Origin: Octopus sinensis
Taxonomy: Eukaryota
Direction of reading: 5' to 3'
DNA length: 64,000 nucleotides
NCBI RefSeq assembly: GCF_006345805.1
Contig: NW_021835462.1
Span: 1-64,000 of the forward strand
In this document: positions 12,510-25,051 of the stretch, piece after piece
Position numbering within the stretch: the stretch's first letter is position 1
How the letters are laid out: each line of letters starts with the position of its first letter
The notes under the pieces: generated by a model
Seen by the model: only the letters and a program-made list of their open reading frames with translations
What the model was told of the DNA's origin: nothing
Databases searched by the model: none
Made by a program: the position numbers and the translations under genes

Positions 12510-12665
12510 ATCTCACCATGACCGTGTGGTTAACAAGTTGCCTTCGCAACCACATAGGACTGGTTTCGATCCTGCTGCGCGGCGGCGCCTTGGTCAACGA
12601 AGTGTGATCTCCCACAGACTAGAGTCGACCCTGTGTGAAATGTGATTGACAGAAAACTGTGTTGA
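12510..12665 (+). mobile_element. Degenerate 5' half of the OR2-like CORE SINE
   Basis: gtgtggttaacaagttgccttcgcaaccac...ccttggtcaa...tgtgaaatgtgattgacagaaaactg resembles the decayed head and core of that family. Confidence 0.5.
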
Positions 12666-12873
12666 ACACGTACGTACACACACACACACACACACATACA
12701 CACACACATTGTGTGTATTTGTGAATGAGTGTGTGTAGTTGTATGTGAGTACAATTTATAAAATTACCGTATATTTTTAGACTAGAAAGGAATCACCTTC
12801 GAAGCAAATGGCACGAAAAAACCCATGAATTGTATCAGCTCCACTCTTTCTTTACTTATATTTGTTGCTGGAA

Positions 12874-13105
12874 AGGCGGCGAGCTGACAGAAACGTTAGC
12901 ACGCCGGGCGAAATGAGTAGCCGTATTTCGTCTGTCGTTACGTTCTGAATTCAAATTCCGCCGAGGTCGACTTTGCCTTTCATCCTTTCGGGGTCAATAA
13001 ATTAAGTACCAGGTACGCACTGGGGTCGATGTAATCGACTTAATCCCTTTGTCTGTCCTTGTTTGTCCCCTCTATGTTTAGCCCCTTGTGAGCAATAAAG
13101 AAATA
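12874..13105 (+). mobile_element. SINE family B copy with target-site duplication
   Basis: Flanked by tatatttgttgctggaa (12857-12873) and tatatttgttgttggaa (13106-13122): 17 bp with one mismatch. Confidence 0.9.
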
Positions 13106-13213
13106 TATATTTGTTGTTGGAAATTTAAAACAAAACTCAAAGTGAATCCTTTCATTATCTTTCATTATTGTCATAATCTCTCTTGTTACGATTCCAATTA
13201 GATTCCAATTATC

Positions 13214-13410
13214 GGGGTCGATAAATTAAGTACTAGTTATGCACTGGGGTCGATATAATCGACTTTATCCGTTTGTCTGTCCTTGTTTAGCCCCATGTGG
13301 ATTGTAAAGACATAGGTATTTTGTATGCCGTTACGTTCTGAGTTCAAAATTTCGCCCAGGTCGCCTTTGCCTTTCATCCTTTCGGGCTTGATTAAATAAG
13401 TACCAGTTAC
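13214..13410 (-). mobile_element. SINE family B headless fragment
   Basis: Partial body units on the minus strand, ending in a (GT)n tract. Confidence 0.7.
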
Positions 13411-13411
13411 G

Positions 13412-13442
<31 letters not shown>

Positions 13443-13599
13443 TGTTTGTGTGTGTTTGTGTGTGTGTATACACTAGAAAGTTTATGTTATTGTTTTTTGT
13501 GGCTTGGACAAACTTTAAAAGGACAAACTTGATTGGCTGCTGCTTCAAAACACGAAAACCATCCAAATATTGGAAGACTCTCTCTCTCTAAAATTAAGA

Positions 13600-14450
13600 A
13601 GAAAAAAAAAGACCGTATCAAAAAGGCAGAAAGTGTGATCAAGTATCTGCACTGAAGGATTTTTTGCTCCGAGAAACCAACTATCAGGACCTCCGTAGAT
13701 CTGTTCCGTTTCAAATTATGGAAATTTCCAACTCTCAGATGAAAAATCTTGAGAATTTCGAAGCAGACTTGCAAGGATTCCGGTAAAATTCTTCGGTAGG
13801 CCCGATAGTGAATTTTTCCTGGATGGAATCATCACAAATAATATAAAGTTAGTTCTCTATAATCGTATCCTACAAAATGACAATGATTAGCGCCTAAAGA
13901 TAAAGATAAACCAGGATTACACTCGGAAAAACTGAGACTGGTGGGATATGAAGGATGTGATCCGCCAGGAAATGGTAAACCAAACGAAACAGATAATGCC
14001 GAGAAGGATTGTCACTAATCGAAATATGGTGCAAAGTTTGCAGAAACAGCACCCATCATTGGTCAATCGTAAAAGCGAGATGTTCTTACACGATGATGCA
14101 AGACCACATATTGCCTAAGTCACGAAGGAATTGATTATGGCATTAAATACAGACGCTTTGTCTCATCCTCCCACCTCGTCGAGGTTTGCTGTGTCTGTCT
14201 GTCATCTTTTCCGCTCGTTCTGACAGTATTTCCAGAGCAACTTATTTATCCGTTTTAAAGAGGTTAAAAATTATATTGAGCGCATTCCTTGCGTAGAAAT
14301 CCGGAGAATTTTGCGCCTAAGCGACAAAAAATTTGCCAAGTAGATGGGATTATGTTATCAATAATAAGGAAAAACATTATCTTGATTTAATATATCAATT
14401 AAGATCAAAGAACCATTTGTTTCTTTCTCAACTTGAAATGTAATAAAACT
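13600..14450 (+). mobile_element. Mariner (Tc1/mariner) transposase pseudogene
   Basis: Broken plus-strand frames give KPGLHSEKL, WWDMKDVI, MFLHDDARPHIA, ALSHPP, CHLFRS and LPSRWDYVINNK. These correspond to the mariner PGLHPxK, WWD, LHDNARPH, HPPYSPDL..YHLFRSL and LPxRW motifs. Confidence 0.8.
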
Positions 14451-15255
14451 TTCTTATATTTGTATGGGTGAGACTCGAAGTAGCAAGAGCTATAAATGGT
14501 TATTGCAAATTTTGCACAAGGCCAGCAGTTGGAGAAGAGTAGTCGATTACACTGACCCCTGTACTTTACTGGTACTTTATTTCATAAACCCCGAAAGGAT
14601 GAAAGGAAAAGTTGACCTCCAGTGTATATGAATCCAGAACATAACGTCTAATATATCAGGTTTAGAAGCCCCTGGATGATTAAAAGGTAGAAACAACATT
14701 TGAGTAGTAAGAATACTCACCAGCGATTTGGCGATATTTCTTGGTGTAAGTCAGACGAACAACCTGTAAAACCTGTATATGCATCTATTAGCCGATGTGT
14801 GTGTGTGTGTTTATATGCGTAGGTGTATATGTGTGTACAAGTGTTTGCCAGTGTTACCTTGTCGCACTTTTATGCACAAGCAATTGTGCACCCCTATAAT
14901 CGCACACACTCAAATATATACATACATATAGGTGCGTTTGTGAGTGTGGATGCATATGTATGCACACACACACATACATAATACATACATACATACATAC
15001 ATACATAAATACATACATGCATACATACATACATACATACATACACACATACATACACACACACATACATACATACATACATACATACATACATACTTAC
15101 ATACATACATACATACATACATATAACAGAGAAAGAAAGAGTGAGAGAGAAAGAAGGGATAGATAGAACTACAGGCATATCATAGAGTCTTCATTTATTA
15201 GAAATATCCCTGCCTCTACGAAATGTATTACTGTTATCAAATGGCAATGAAGGCC

Positions 15256-15340
15256 AGCTCCACTTAAGAAGGGGAGATAATCTAAAGATTCAAAATTAAG
15301 AATCGATACTTGAGATTATCTCCCCATTTCAAGTGCAGCT
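15256..15340. other. ~85-nt imperfect hairpin
   Basis: agctccacttaagaaggggagataatct (15256-15283) pairs with agattatctccccatttcaagtgcagct (15313-15340), with an inner gattc/gaatc pair. Confidence 0.8.
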
Positions 15341-16237
15341 TGTCTGAATTCCTATTTACTAAACATGTGACGTCCTCTTGATGAGGAAATAAGTTTTAAT
15401 AAATCAAGATTTTAGGCTGTATGATATTTAATATACCTGGATTTGTCTGTGTTGTTTATGTACGCACCGCTGGACGCTCTGGGTAATTTCTCTGGACTCA
15501 TTTTTGTTTAAAGTACATATATGTACGTGTATATATATAGGTGTGTGTGTGTGTGTGTATACATATATACATACAAACATACTTGCATACATACAAATAC
15601 ATAAACACGTATATATTAGTACGTCTGGTGTAGCATGTATAAGTTTATATGTTTGTGTGTGTGTGTGCGCGCGCGCTTCCGTTTATCCGCAAATATGGAG
15701 GAATATATAAACATGATTGGTTTCCTTTCTAATTATGTTTATGGTCTTGCGGTCCAATTTATTGCCAGACAAACCCTGAATAACTCGTTTACAGATCGTT
15801 GTCAAAAATCCGTCTTAAAATCACTGACATTTCAATAGACTTATTGAATGCGCTAGAAACGCACAGTGTGACATCTGGAATATATTTCATACATACATAC
15901 AAACGAACCTACATTCATATATACTGGCGTGTTTGTGTATACATCTTTGTTGATGATCTGAAATTGTATGACCCTGTCTTTCTACAGGTATAAAGATTCA
16001 AGGGACTAAACAGCAGAGAAAGAGACACGTGGGATGAAGATTCTCTGACGAGGTCACAGGAGTGTGTGACGAAATATTTCTGAGAAAGGATACTGAAATA
16101 CGAACAATAATAAAGGTGAAGTGAAGAACAAGTCTATAGTGTGTGTGCTTATTTAGCAACAACAAAAAAGAAAAAACTATCTCCAAATATAACAATATCT
16201 CTTTCAACACACAATCTCGCAAAGAAAATACATAAAC

Positions 16238-16296
<59 letters not shown>

Positions 16297-16389
16297 TTAG
16301 AGAGAATATTAATCCTAACTTACAGGGAAAAAAATTCAATTTAGAAATACTAAATCAAATTTCACACAATGTAATATATATATATATAT

Positions 16390-16585
16390 ATAAATAAGAA
16401 AAAAAAAACACCTTTTATCAACTCAAATTATATAAGTTTTTATTATGTTTTTGCAATTTACTTAATCATTGGTATTTTATTGTTATTTTAATTTTAATAT
16501 TTCTATTTTATGTAATTTTCTAGGTGGTGTAATTTAATTGTTCATTTTGAATTGATAAAAGGTGGGTTTTTTTCTAATTTATATA
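16390..16585. repeat. Interspersed AT-rich repeat, copy 2, with ~40-bp inverted ends
   Basis: Aligns with 2000-2135. aagaaaaaaaaaacaccttttatcaactcaaa (~16395-16428) is approximately the reverse complement of tttgaattgataaaaggtgggttttttct (~16546-16576). Confidence 0.7.
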
Positions 16586-17627
16586 TATATATATACATAT
16601 GTATACAGATGTGTGTGTATGCATGTATAGGCGCACCATTACATCACTAAAGCTTTGGTGCGCGTAGACGTGCACCTCATCAGATTTTCGAGAATATCTG
16701 ATGACATGAAAGTCTCCTCTGCCAACGGAACTTTACTTAATGTGAAGCTAAGTCAAACTGTTACTAAATACTTGTAATTTCGACAAAATCTGTTGTTCTT
16801 CGTTTCGTCTTATTAACTCCTTTATATCTATATACATACATACATACATTCATACATACATACATACATACATACATACATACATACATACATACATACA
16901 TACATACATACATACATACATACATACATACATACACATAAATATATATAATTAAAAGTGTAAGGTATATCTCTTAATAAATATACGAATTTAGAATCGC
17001 AGTGGAATGTAAACAAATCGGTTACTCCAGAGGTTTTGTAATCTGTCGGTAGAGAGATGTTCGCTCTATGTATAGAGAACGGTATTTTTATTGAAAGTCA
17101 AATCCTACATTTCCAATTAGCTCCGCCAATATCCTGGTGTGCGGAGTGCACTCTCAATACATTGACGTTGTCGGTACATGCACTTTTATATTTAAACTAG
17201 ATCAGTTTAACTGACTTCTACATTGTACAAACTTGGAACAGCTACCGTAAGCTATCCATCTTTTCGTACACAGAAGTTAGTTAATCTTTCTCTGATGAAA
17301 GTCTAAGAAAACTCGAAACGGTTCCGAGCCGTCCGATAACATCTGTGATTTGACTGAATTACTTGTTACAGGGGAAATTCCATGTTTAATGCAATGGTAT
17401 TGCTTACTTTTGACAGTTCCTTTCCTGTTGAAAAATCCCCTCTATACGAGTACTGCGTTTTGAATTATAATAAGTGTGTGCGAGTATGCACGTGTATACG
17501 TATATGTGTGTATACATCTTTGTATATATTCTCATGTGTGTTTCTCTCTGTATATTTATAAATATACTCACAAGTATATTTATAAATATACTTGTTCCAA
17601 ACACCAGCTTAAATATTCTTATATTCG

Positions 17628-17816
17628 CAGTCATCTGACTGCGGCCATGCTGGAGCACCGCCTTTTAGTCGAACAATTCAACCCCAGGACTTATTCTTTG
17701 TAAGCCTTGTACTTTTTCTAACGATCTATTTTGCCGAACCGCTAGGTAACAAGGACGTAAACACAGCAACATCGGCTGTCAAGCTATTGTGGGGGGACAA
17801 ACACAGACGCACAAAT

Positions 17817-17858
<42 letters not shown>

Positions 17859-18016
17859 GACGGGCTTCTTTCAGTTTCCGTCTACCAAATCCACTCACAA
17901 GGCTTTCGTCGACGCTATAGTAGAAGACACTTGTCCAAGGTGCCACGCAGTGGGACTGAACCCGGAACTATGTGGATGGTAAGCAAGCTACTTTCCACAC
18001 AGCCACTCCTGCGCCT
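17628..18016 (-). mobile_element. OR2-like CORE SINE
   Basis: Reverse-complement match to 2148-2590, including the internal microsatellite. Confidence 0.85.
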
Positions 18017-18622
18017 GCTTACCACACAGCCACTTTAGAGCCACTTTACGAAATTCTTGAAAATTTTCAAAATAAATTGAAATAAAGGTAATAAATTCCA
18101 ATCGAATTATTGACGCAAAAGGATTAAAAGTGAATCAAATTTGATAGATTTGGATAAATTCATATTTTGCAATGAGAAAAGGAATCTGAAACTCCCGAAC
18201 TACCCTTTCATCTGACAAGGAACGAAAGGTTATTCCCGAAAAGAGAGGTCCCTCCTCTCACTAAAGCATATTATTTTGTTGAAACTCAATTTTCACTGCT
18301 CAAGTTTTACCGACGCACCCGGCCACTTTCACCATGGGTACTGTATGTAACCTATTTCTGAACGGTTGTCATCCGAACATCAAATTGTTAATTGCACCCG
18401 GTCATGTGATGAGGCATTCATAGTTTATTGCGTTATGCGTCAGTCAGTCTCAATAACACGGTTATCGAAAGTTATATGAACTCTGATAAAATATTAAAGA
18501 AATTCGAACCTGCAATAACTCCGACCACATGCAGTGTAGGCCGGCAACTTCAGTAAAAACCTCCTCCTCCGCCGTATCTCACAGCACGACACTATATACA
18601 TATAAATTTCGGCTCTCCCTTC

Positions 18623-18725
<103 letters not shown>

Positions 18726-19009
18726 TGCACACGAATGCAGTAATTGATGTGGTTACAGAATTTTCTTAACAACCTTGAGGTGCATGTTCGGTCCTACTGC
18801 TTGGCAGCATTATCAAGTACCCTCTATAATTTAGCCAATATTTTCGAAAGGGAATTTCATGTTTATTAAGTGTGACGCAGCCTTAATCGTTAGACAACCG
18901 CTAAACAAGCGCAAGTTTCTTTGAGGGGCGGGTGATTTATCTGACGAGGAAGAGCTCTGTACACAGCAGACCTAATGTCTTGGTCTTTCGTATGGACAGC
19001 AGCAAGAGT

Positions 19010-19350
19010 GGAGGCGCAATGGCCCAGTGGTTAAGGCAGCGGACTCGCGGTCGGAGAATCGTGGTTTCGATTCCCAGACTGGGCGTTGTGTGTGTTTACT
19101 GAGCGAAAACACCTAAAAAGCTCCACGACGCTCCGGGAGGAGGTGGGTGGCAACCCCTGTTGTACTTTCACTCCAACTTTCTCTCACTCTTTCTTCCTGT
19201 TTCTTGTCCCCAACTTCCTACGCAACCGCTGAGCCTGGATGTGCATTCATCCATCCGTCGAGCTCTCGGTGTCGGGGGTTGACCTGCTTTCTCTTTTGCG
19301 GGTCTTTAGAATAGCAAAGGACCACGTTTCGCTCAACAAACAAACAGCAG
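19010..19350 (+). mobile_element. tRNA-derived SINE family C (OR1-like head), tail type 1
   Basis: tRNA-like head ggaggcgcaatggcccagtggttaaggcagcggactcgcggtc...ggtttcgattccc. The first ~190 bp are homologous to the minus-strand copy at 60368-60757. Confidence 0.8.
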
Positions 19351-19430
19351 CAAGACACCTGCATGACGCGTGTGTGTGCATGAGCCTGTATGTGATGTGT
19401 GTGTGTGTGTGTGTACGTCTATATAGGTAT

Positions 19431-19633
19431 CTCTTTTACTCTTTTACTTGTTTCAGTAATTTGACTGTGGCCATGCTGGAGCACCACCTTTAGTCAAGCA
19501 AATCGACCCCAGAACTTTTTCTTTGTAAGCCTAGTATTTATTCTATCGGTCTCTTTTGCCGAACCGCTAAGTTACAAGGACGTAAACACACCAGCATCTG
19601 TTGTCAAGCGATGTTGGTGGCGGGGACAACACT

Positions 19634-19695
<62 letters not shown>

Positions 19696-19859
19696 CGACG
19701 AGCTTCTTTCGGTTTCCGTCTACCAAATCCATTCACAAGGCTTTGGTCGGCCCGAGGTTATAGTAGAAGACACCTGCCCAAGGTGCCGCGCATTGGGAAT
19801 GAACCCGGAACCATGTGGTTGGTAAGCAAGCTTCTTGCCCCACAGCCACTCCTACGCCC
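19431..19859 (-). mobile_element. OR2-like CORE SINE
   Basis: Full-length reverse-complement match with ctcttttact tail. Confidence 0.85.
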
Positions 19860-20158
19860 GTATATTATACGTGTTTCTGCTTTATGCACTTACGAGGAAC
19901 CACAACTGTGTCTGTGTATGTGTGTGTGTGTATGTGTGTATGTAAATGTGTTTATATGTGTTAGTGTGTGTTTCTATCCGTCATTGTGCGTATGTATATG
20001 TGATTGTAAGCGTATGCACGTCTATATGTATTCATTTATGTGCATTAATTTACATGTTTCAGGGCGTTGCTTTTACTGTCTTATTTTGTTTTTACTGTCC
20101 TGTTCTTGTCACCATTTTTACCCCTCCGCAAAAAATCCCAAATTTTATTTAATTTCCT

Positions 20159-20360
20159 TTGCGGGAAGGAATGTTTCAACGAAGTCGTGTCTTGCCATTA
20201 CCTTCGAAACACGGAGTAGTCGAAGCAGGGGCAGCTGAAGAAGGGGAATGTACCTTGTGTTGTATGTCTTGTACTCTGTTTTTTTCGTTGTTTGAAAAAG
20301 TCCGTTTCTATGTGTTTGTTTTTATGTTTTCGTTTCTCGTTGTGTTCTACATTTTTTGGT
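20159..20360. repeat. Probable interspersed repeat of unknown class
   Basis: A non-simple block between microsatellites with a T-rich 3' half. No second copy in the window. Confidence 0.3.
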
Positions 20361-21129
20361 GCCCTGTACCTATATATGCATGTATATATACATATATATG
20401 TAAGTATGTACATATATGTATGTATGCATATGTTTTATTTATTAATTTGTTATTATGTGTATATGTGTTTGTATGTATGCATACACATTAACGCGTGTAT
20501 ATGTATATATCTTTTGGTTTGCCTGGCTGTGTTGATGATTTGGAATGCGTATATATGTGTTTCTAACCATTATTATATGCGCGAGAATGTGTATGTGTGT
20601 GTGTGAGTGTGTGTGTGTGAGAGAGAGAGAGAGAGTTACAGAGAGAGAGAGAGAATATGTATGTGTGTATGTGTGGGTAACGAAGAGGTTCTCGGAAATC
20701 GTGCTTAACTTAATTATCTTGACTGGAAGTGGTGAATTCCCTCGCTGAATTTATTGGTGAATCTCTGACGTTAGCAGAACAATAAAAATAGAAATGTGTG
20801 CATTAATTATTATAAATATAGATATTTATAAATGATGTCAACCATTGTGGCTTGGACAAGAGTCATACGTCACACTGACATCACCTAATATGGACATAAT
20901 GACTGCTCCTTCTCTCTCTCTCTCTCTCTCTCTCAGTTGTTCGTCCTCTAAACACACACACAATCACACACACATACGTACATACATACATACATACATA
21001 CATACATACATACATACATACCACACACATACATACATACATATATACATACATACATACATACATTACATACATACATACATACACATACATACATACA
21101 TACATACATACATACATACATACATACGT

Positions 21130-21196
21130 AGGCGCAGGAGTGGCTGCGTGGTAAGAAGTTTGCTTCCCAACCACACGGTTCCGATTTCAGTCCCAC
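21130..21196 (+). mobile_element. OR2-like SINE head only
   Basis: aggcgcaggagtggctgcgtggtaag...ttcagtcccact, then truncated. Confidence 0.75.
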
Positions 21197-21352
21197 TTTT
21201 TTTATGTACATTCCTTTATGTACACTGATTTGTTCTGCTTTTTATATTTAACCCTACAGTCTCTTATGTGGTGGTTTAATAAAGTATGTGATTGAGTATT
21301 ATCTGGTAATTGATATTTGATTTAGATGTATTTCTCCATTTTCTTATCTTGT

Positions 21353-21388
<36 letters not shown>

Positions 21389-21982
21389 GAATGTACACAA
21401 AAAACACACACACACACGCACATATATATATATACTATATATATAGATAGATAGATAGATATAGATATAGATATAGATATATATATACATGTATGTATAT
21501 GTGTGTGTATGTACGTGTGCGTGTGTGTGTTATTTTATATACATATATACACACACACACATGCCCATACACATATAACTCTTCCAATATTACAGAGGAA
21601 GCTCAGATCTTTCTTCAAATCTTGCTGAGCAAGATGCAAAGCAGATCGGACATCCCCCTCCTCCCACCCCCACCCCCACCACCATCACATCAATGACGAT
21701 AGAACTGAGTTCATGGAAATAAACGAAGACATTGAATCATGAAAGTCGGTGAAGTCGAAATGTGTAAATGTCTTTAAATATCAGGAACCGAAGAGAGAAA
21801 GATCAAAGAGAGGCGGTGAAGTAAGAATTGGTTTGGTCACCAATGAACAAGATGTCTGCAATATGCCGAATATATTTCTTTAAAGATTTCAGAATACATT
21901 TTTTTTTTGATCGGTAGTTGGTGTATGGATTTGGATTTGGGGTCATTACGACGTAATAGAAATCAATGTAGACGCGTCCCTT

Positions 21983-22200
21983 AATGGTTAGGATGTTGTC
22001 CTCGTGACTGCAAGATTGTAGTTTCGATTCTAATGCGTTGTGTTCTTGAGCAAAACACTTCATTTCACATTGCTCCAGTCCACTCAGCTAGCAAAAATGA
22101 GTAATGCTGCGACGGACCCGCATCCCGTGCAGGGAGAGGAGGATAAATACTTTACAAAATCGGAGAAACTGTCCTTATGAACATATGGCTCTAGAAGGAC
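21983..22200 (+). mobile_element. tRNA-derived SINE family D (CORE-like body, V-domain-like following segment)
   Basis: tgttcttgagcaaaacacttcatttcacattgctccagtccactcagctagcaaaaatgag is shared with the minus-strand copies at about 55040-55100 and 62560-62610. It is followed by gcgacggacccgcatcccgtgcaggg. Confidence 0.65.
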
Positions 22201-22384
22201 CATTGAACTTTTCCTTGAATAGAAATCAATAAGAATGCCAGATAGACTTCTATGTTAAAGAGGACGTTTCTCAGGAGAATCCGTTTCAAAGCGTTTTCTT
22301 TTATTCAATTTCTCTTAATTGTAATCAGTCGAATAAACTGGTTTCTTTTGAGGAAAGATTAAGTAGTTATGTGGATGTAAAAAA

Positions 22385-22632
22385 ACCAATACAGCTTTCC
22401 AAACAGCGTGGAGGGTGGACAAACGAAGACACAAACATACAGACACGCATAGACATATGCAAACACAACTACGACGGGCTTCTTTCAGTTTCCATCTACC
22501 AAATCCACGCACAATAGTTTCGTCGATCCGGAGTTGTAGCAAAAGACGCTTGTCCAAGGTGCTATGCTGTGGAACTGAACTCGAGACCAAATGGTTGGGA
22601 AGCATACCACTTGACCATACAACAGTGCCCGC
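22385..22632 (-). mobile_element. Degenerate OR2-like CORE SINE
   Basis: acgacgggcttctttcagtttccatctaccaaatccac...aagacgcttgtccaaggtgc matches the family reverse complement. Confidence 0.7.
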
Positions 22633-22949
22633 ACTTGTGTATTACATGGAAATATACTATTATTAACAGAAACTATAAAATAATGAAATCGAAAATAGAA
22701 AGCAGACGAAATGGAACATAACAAGATGGTAAGGGGAGTAAAGACTGTTCTTTATGAGCAGCGCATGCTGCACATTTTGTTATATTGAAAAATAATATTA
22801 TTAACAGAAACCATCAGAAAAAAAGAAGATTTTGTTACGTTTGCGGAGCCTTGCTGGTGTTGGAAAATTGAAGCAGTGCGTCGTATATTACAATGGAATT
22901 TTAGAAATGGCAACAAAAAGGACAGGACACGATGAGTGTAGGAATTTCT

Positions 22950-23175
22950 GGAGAAGACAAACTGCAAAGAATATTGTCGACAAAACTTGGAGAAGGCGAT
23001 GTTGATGTTCCTTTCTTTGTGGTTCTTAATCCAGTCGTCTACAATGATCTTGTGAATGCTGTTATCTCTGTAAATCAGCTGCAATATTCTATGGATGTCA
23101 GAAAACCCGTACCCCGCCTTCGCCAAGAACTCGGTGATGGCATGTTGCTTCTGGTTGGAAACTATTGGTTGCCTT
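22950..23175 (-). mobile_element. Mariner transposase N-terminal HTH remnant
   Basis: The minus frame reads KQHAITEFLAKAGYGFSDIHRILQLIYRDNSIHKIIVDDWIKNHKERNINIA. This resembles the mariner N-terminal 'KQRAVIEFLxKEG...EIHRRLxxVYGD......VxRWVKxFKxG' helix-turn-helix. Confidence 0.65.
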
Positions 23176-23278
23176 CATTGATGAAGAGCAGAAACAAAAG
23201 TATTATAGAGGAAGAGTTCACACCAATAAAAGTGGTGTGAACTATGTATGTCAGTTCATAGAACAGCTATGCCTATTT

Positions 23279-23422
23279 ATCACGGCCGTTTCAAGCGGCT
23301 CCTTTTAATCGATCAATCAAGCATTACTTGAATTTGAAATACACCGAAGACAGCGGTGTGTTTCAAATCGATGTAATACTTGCATTGATCGATTAAATGA
23401 AGCCGCTTGAAACAGCCGTGAT
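23279..23422. repeat. ~144-bp fold-back palindrome (MITE-like)
   Basis: The left arm atcacggccgtttcaagcggctcc...tttgaaatacaccg pairs along its length with the right arm cggtgtgtttcaaa...gaagccgcttgaaacagccgtgat, around a 7-nt loop (aagacag, 23347-23353). Confidence 0.9.
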
Positions 23423-23537
23423 GCACTAATACCTGGACATCCTTGTTACTTATTTGCTTTTCATTCACTTAACTTCGAGCTGTGCGGTCAATACCGGACT
23501 AACATGTTGCCTCAACTTAAATACCTAATTAAATGAA

Positions 23538-23593
<56 letters not shown>

Positions 23594-24487
23594 TAGTGGT
23601 TGTTCCATACAGAACCCTGTTACTACTCTTTTTAACCCCAGGAAGACACCTCCAACTGATGTGTGCTAAACGACATAATATTTGTGTCCGTTATATTGCA
23701 AACATGGGAGCGAACAACTCCTATACAGCGGTGACAGGACCAGTAGATCAGCTGGTTTCAGGGTCCTACCCTTCCTCATTGCTGGTACACCTGTCCGCTA
23801 GACATGCCAGTCGTTCGTCCCAATTCGCAATATAAAAGCTGCAGTCAGCCGCTGATCTTGCAACAGCCATGTTACGAAGCTAGTTCTAAAATCTCTATAA
23901 CATATGCAAGAAGTAACTCTACATATGTGCATGTGTGTGTGTGTGTGGTCGAAACTTCGAAATCACTATTTTTGTTTCAGAATAATATATTTGTAGCTCT
24001 ACAAAAGTAGGGAGTCACCTTTTCAGATTAAAGAACGTTGCTTCTATTACAACTGAACATAAAAACAAACATTTATGTGTGTGTGTGTGTATGTGTATAA
24101 GTTCAGCAAAATTTAGATTCAGATGAATATGGTACTTAAGTTAAAGGCTCCAGAATTTGGTATGGTATTATCCATATAAATCAAATGGGGTGATTATAAT
24201 CAAAATAAGTAACAAGGATATCCAAGGTAGTGTAGTATAATCGTTTCATGCTACTTCATTTTATTAAACACTGTAAGTATTACATCAGTTTGAAAATGTC
24301 GAGCAATCTTCAGCCACATATAGAATTTTTTCAATTAAACGGACGATGCACATTCTTATACTTATTTCATTTGCCAACATTACAAAGAGGGTCGATATAT
24401 AGACAGAGAGGTTAATTTCATCATTAAGAACATGGTGGTAGTGTGTCCTTCTCCATCTGTAGATTTTTTATCACTGAGTTCACTATG

Positions 24488-24565
<78 letters not shown>

Positions 24566-24665
24566 TAAGAGAGAGAGAGAGAGAAAGAGAGAGAGGAGAG
24601 AGATTTATACACATGCGAGTATATACTATGTATTGCGAGAGGAGGCAGCTGTACTCTTTTACTAT

Positions 24666-25051
24666 TTTACTCTTTAACTTGTTTCAGTCATTTGACTGCA
24701 GCCATGCTGGAGCACCACCTTTAGTCGAGCAAATCAACCCCAAGACTTATTCTTTGGAAGCCTAGTACTTATTCTATCGGATCTCTTATGCCGAACCGCT
24801 AAGTTACAGGGGACGTAAACACACCAGCATCGGTTGTCAAGCGATGTTAGGGGGGGAACACAGACACACAAACACACACATACATATATATACGACGGGC
24901 TTCTTTTCAGTTTCCGTCAACCAAATCCACTGACAAGGCTTTGGTCGGCCCGAGGCTATAGTACAAGGTACTTGCCCAAGGTGCCACGCAGTGGGACTGA
25001 ACCCGGAACCATGTGGTTGGTAAGCAAGTTACCACAGAGCCACTCCTGCGC
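24666..25051 (-). mobile_element. OR2-like CORE SINE
   Basis: Full-length reverse-complement match. Confidence 0.85.

Noticed and set aside
16677-16715. Hairpin tcatcagat...atctgatga followed by catgaaagtc
   Set aside because: CUGAUGA and GAAA are separated by only 3 nt with no helix II; likely coincidental.
19010-19085. Possible tRNA gene
   Set aside because: No proper acceptor stem; it continues into a SINE body that is also present at 60368-60757.
20195-20260. GAAA upstream of CUGAAGA (possible type II hammerhead)
   Set aside because: Helix II pairing is poor and no U-H site with helices I and III can be placed.
22932-23240. 102-aa plus-strand ORF
   Set aside because: It is the antisense shadow of the mariner HTH remnant on the minus strand.
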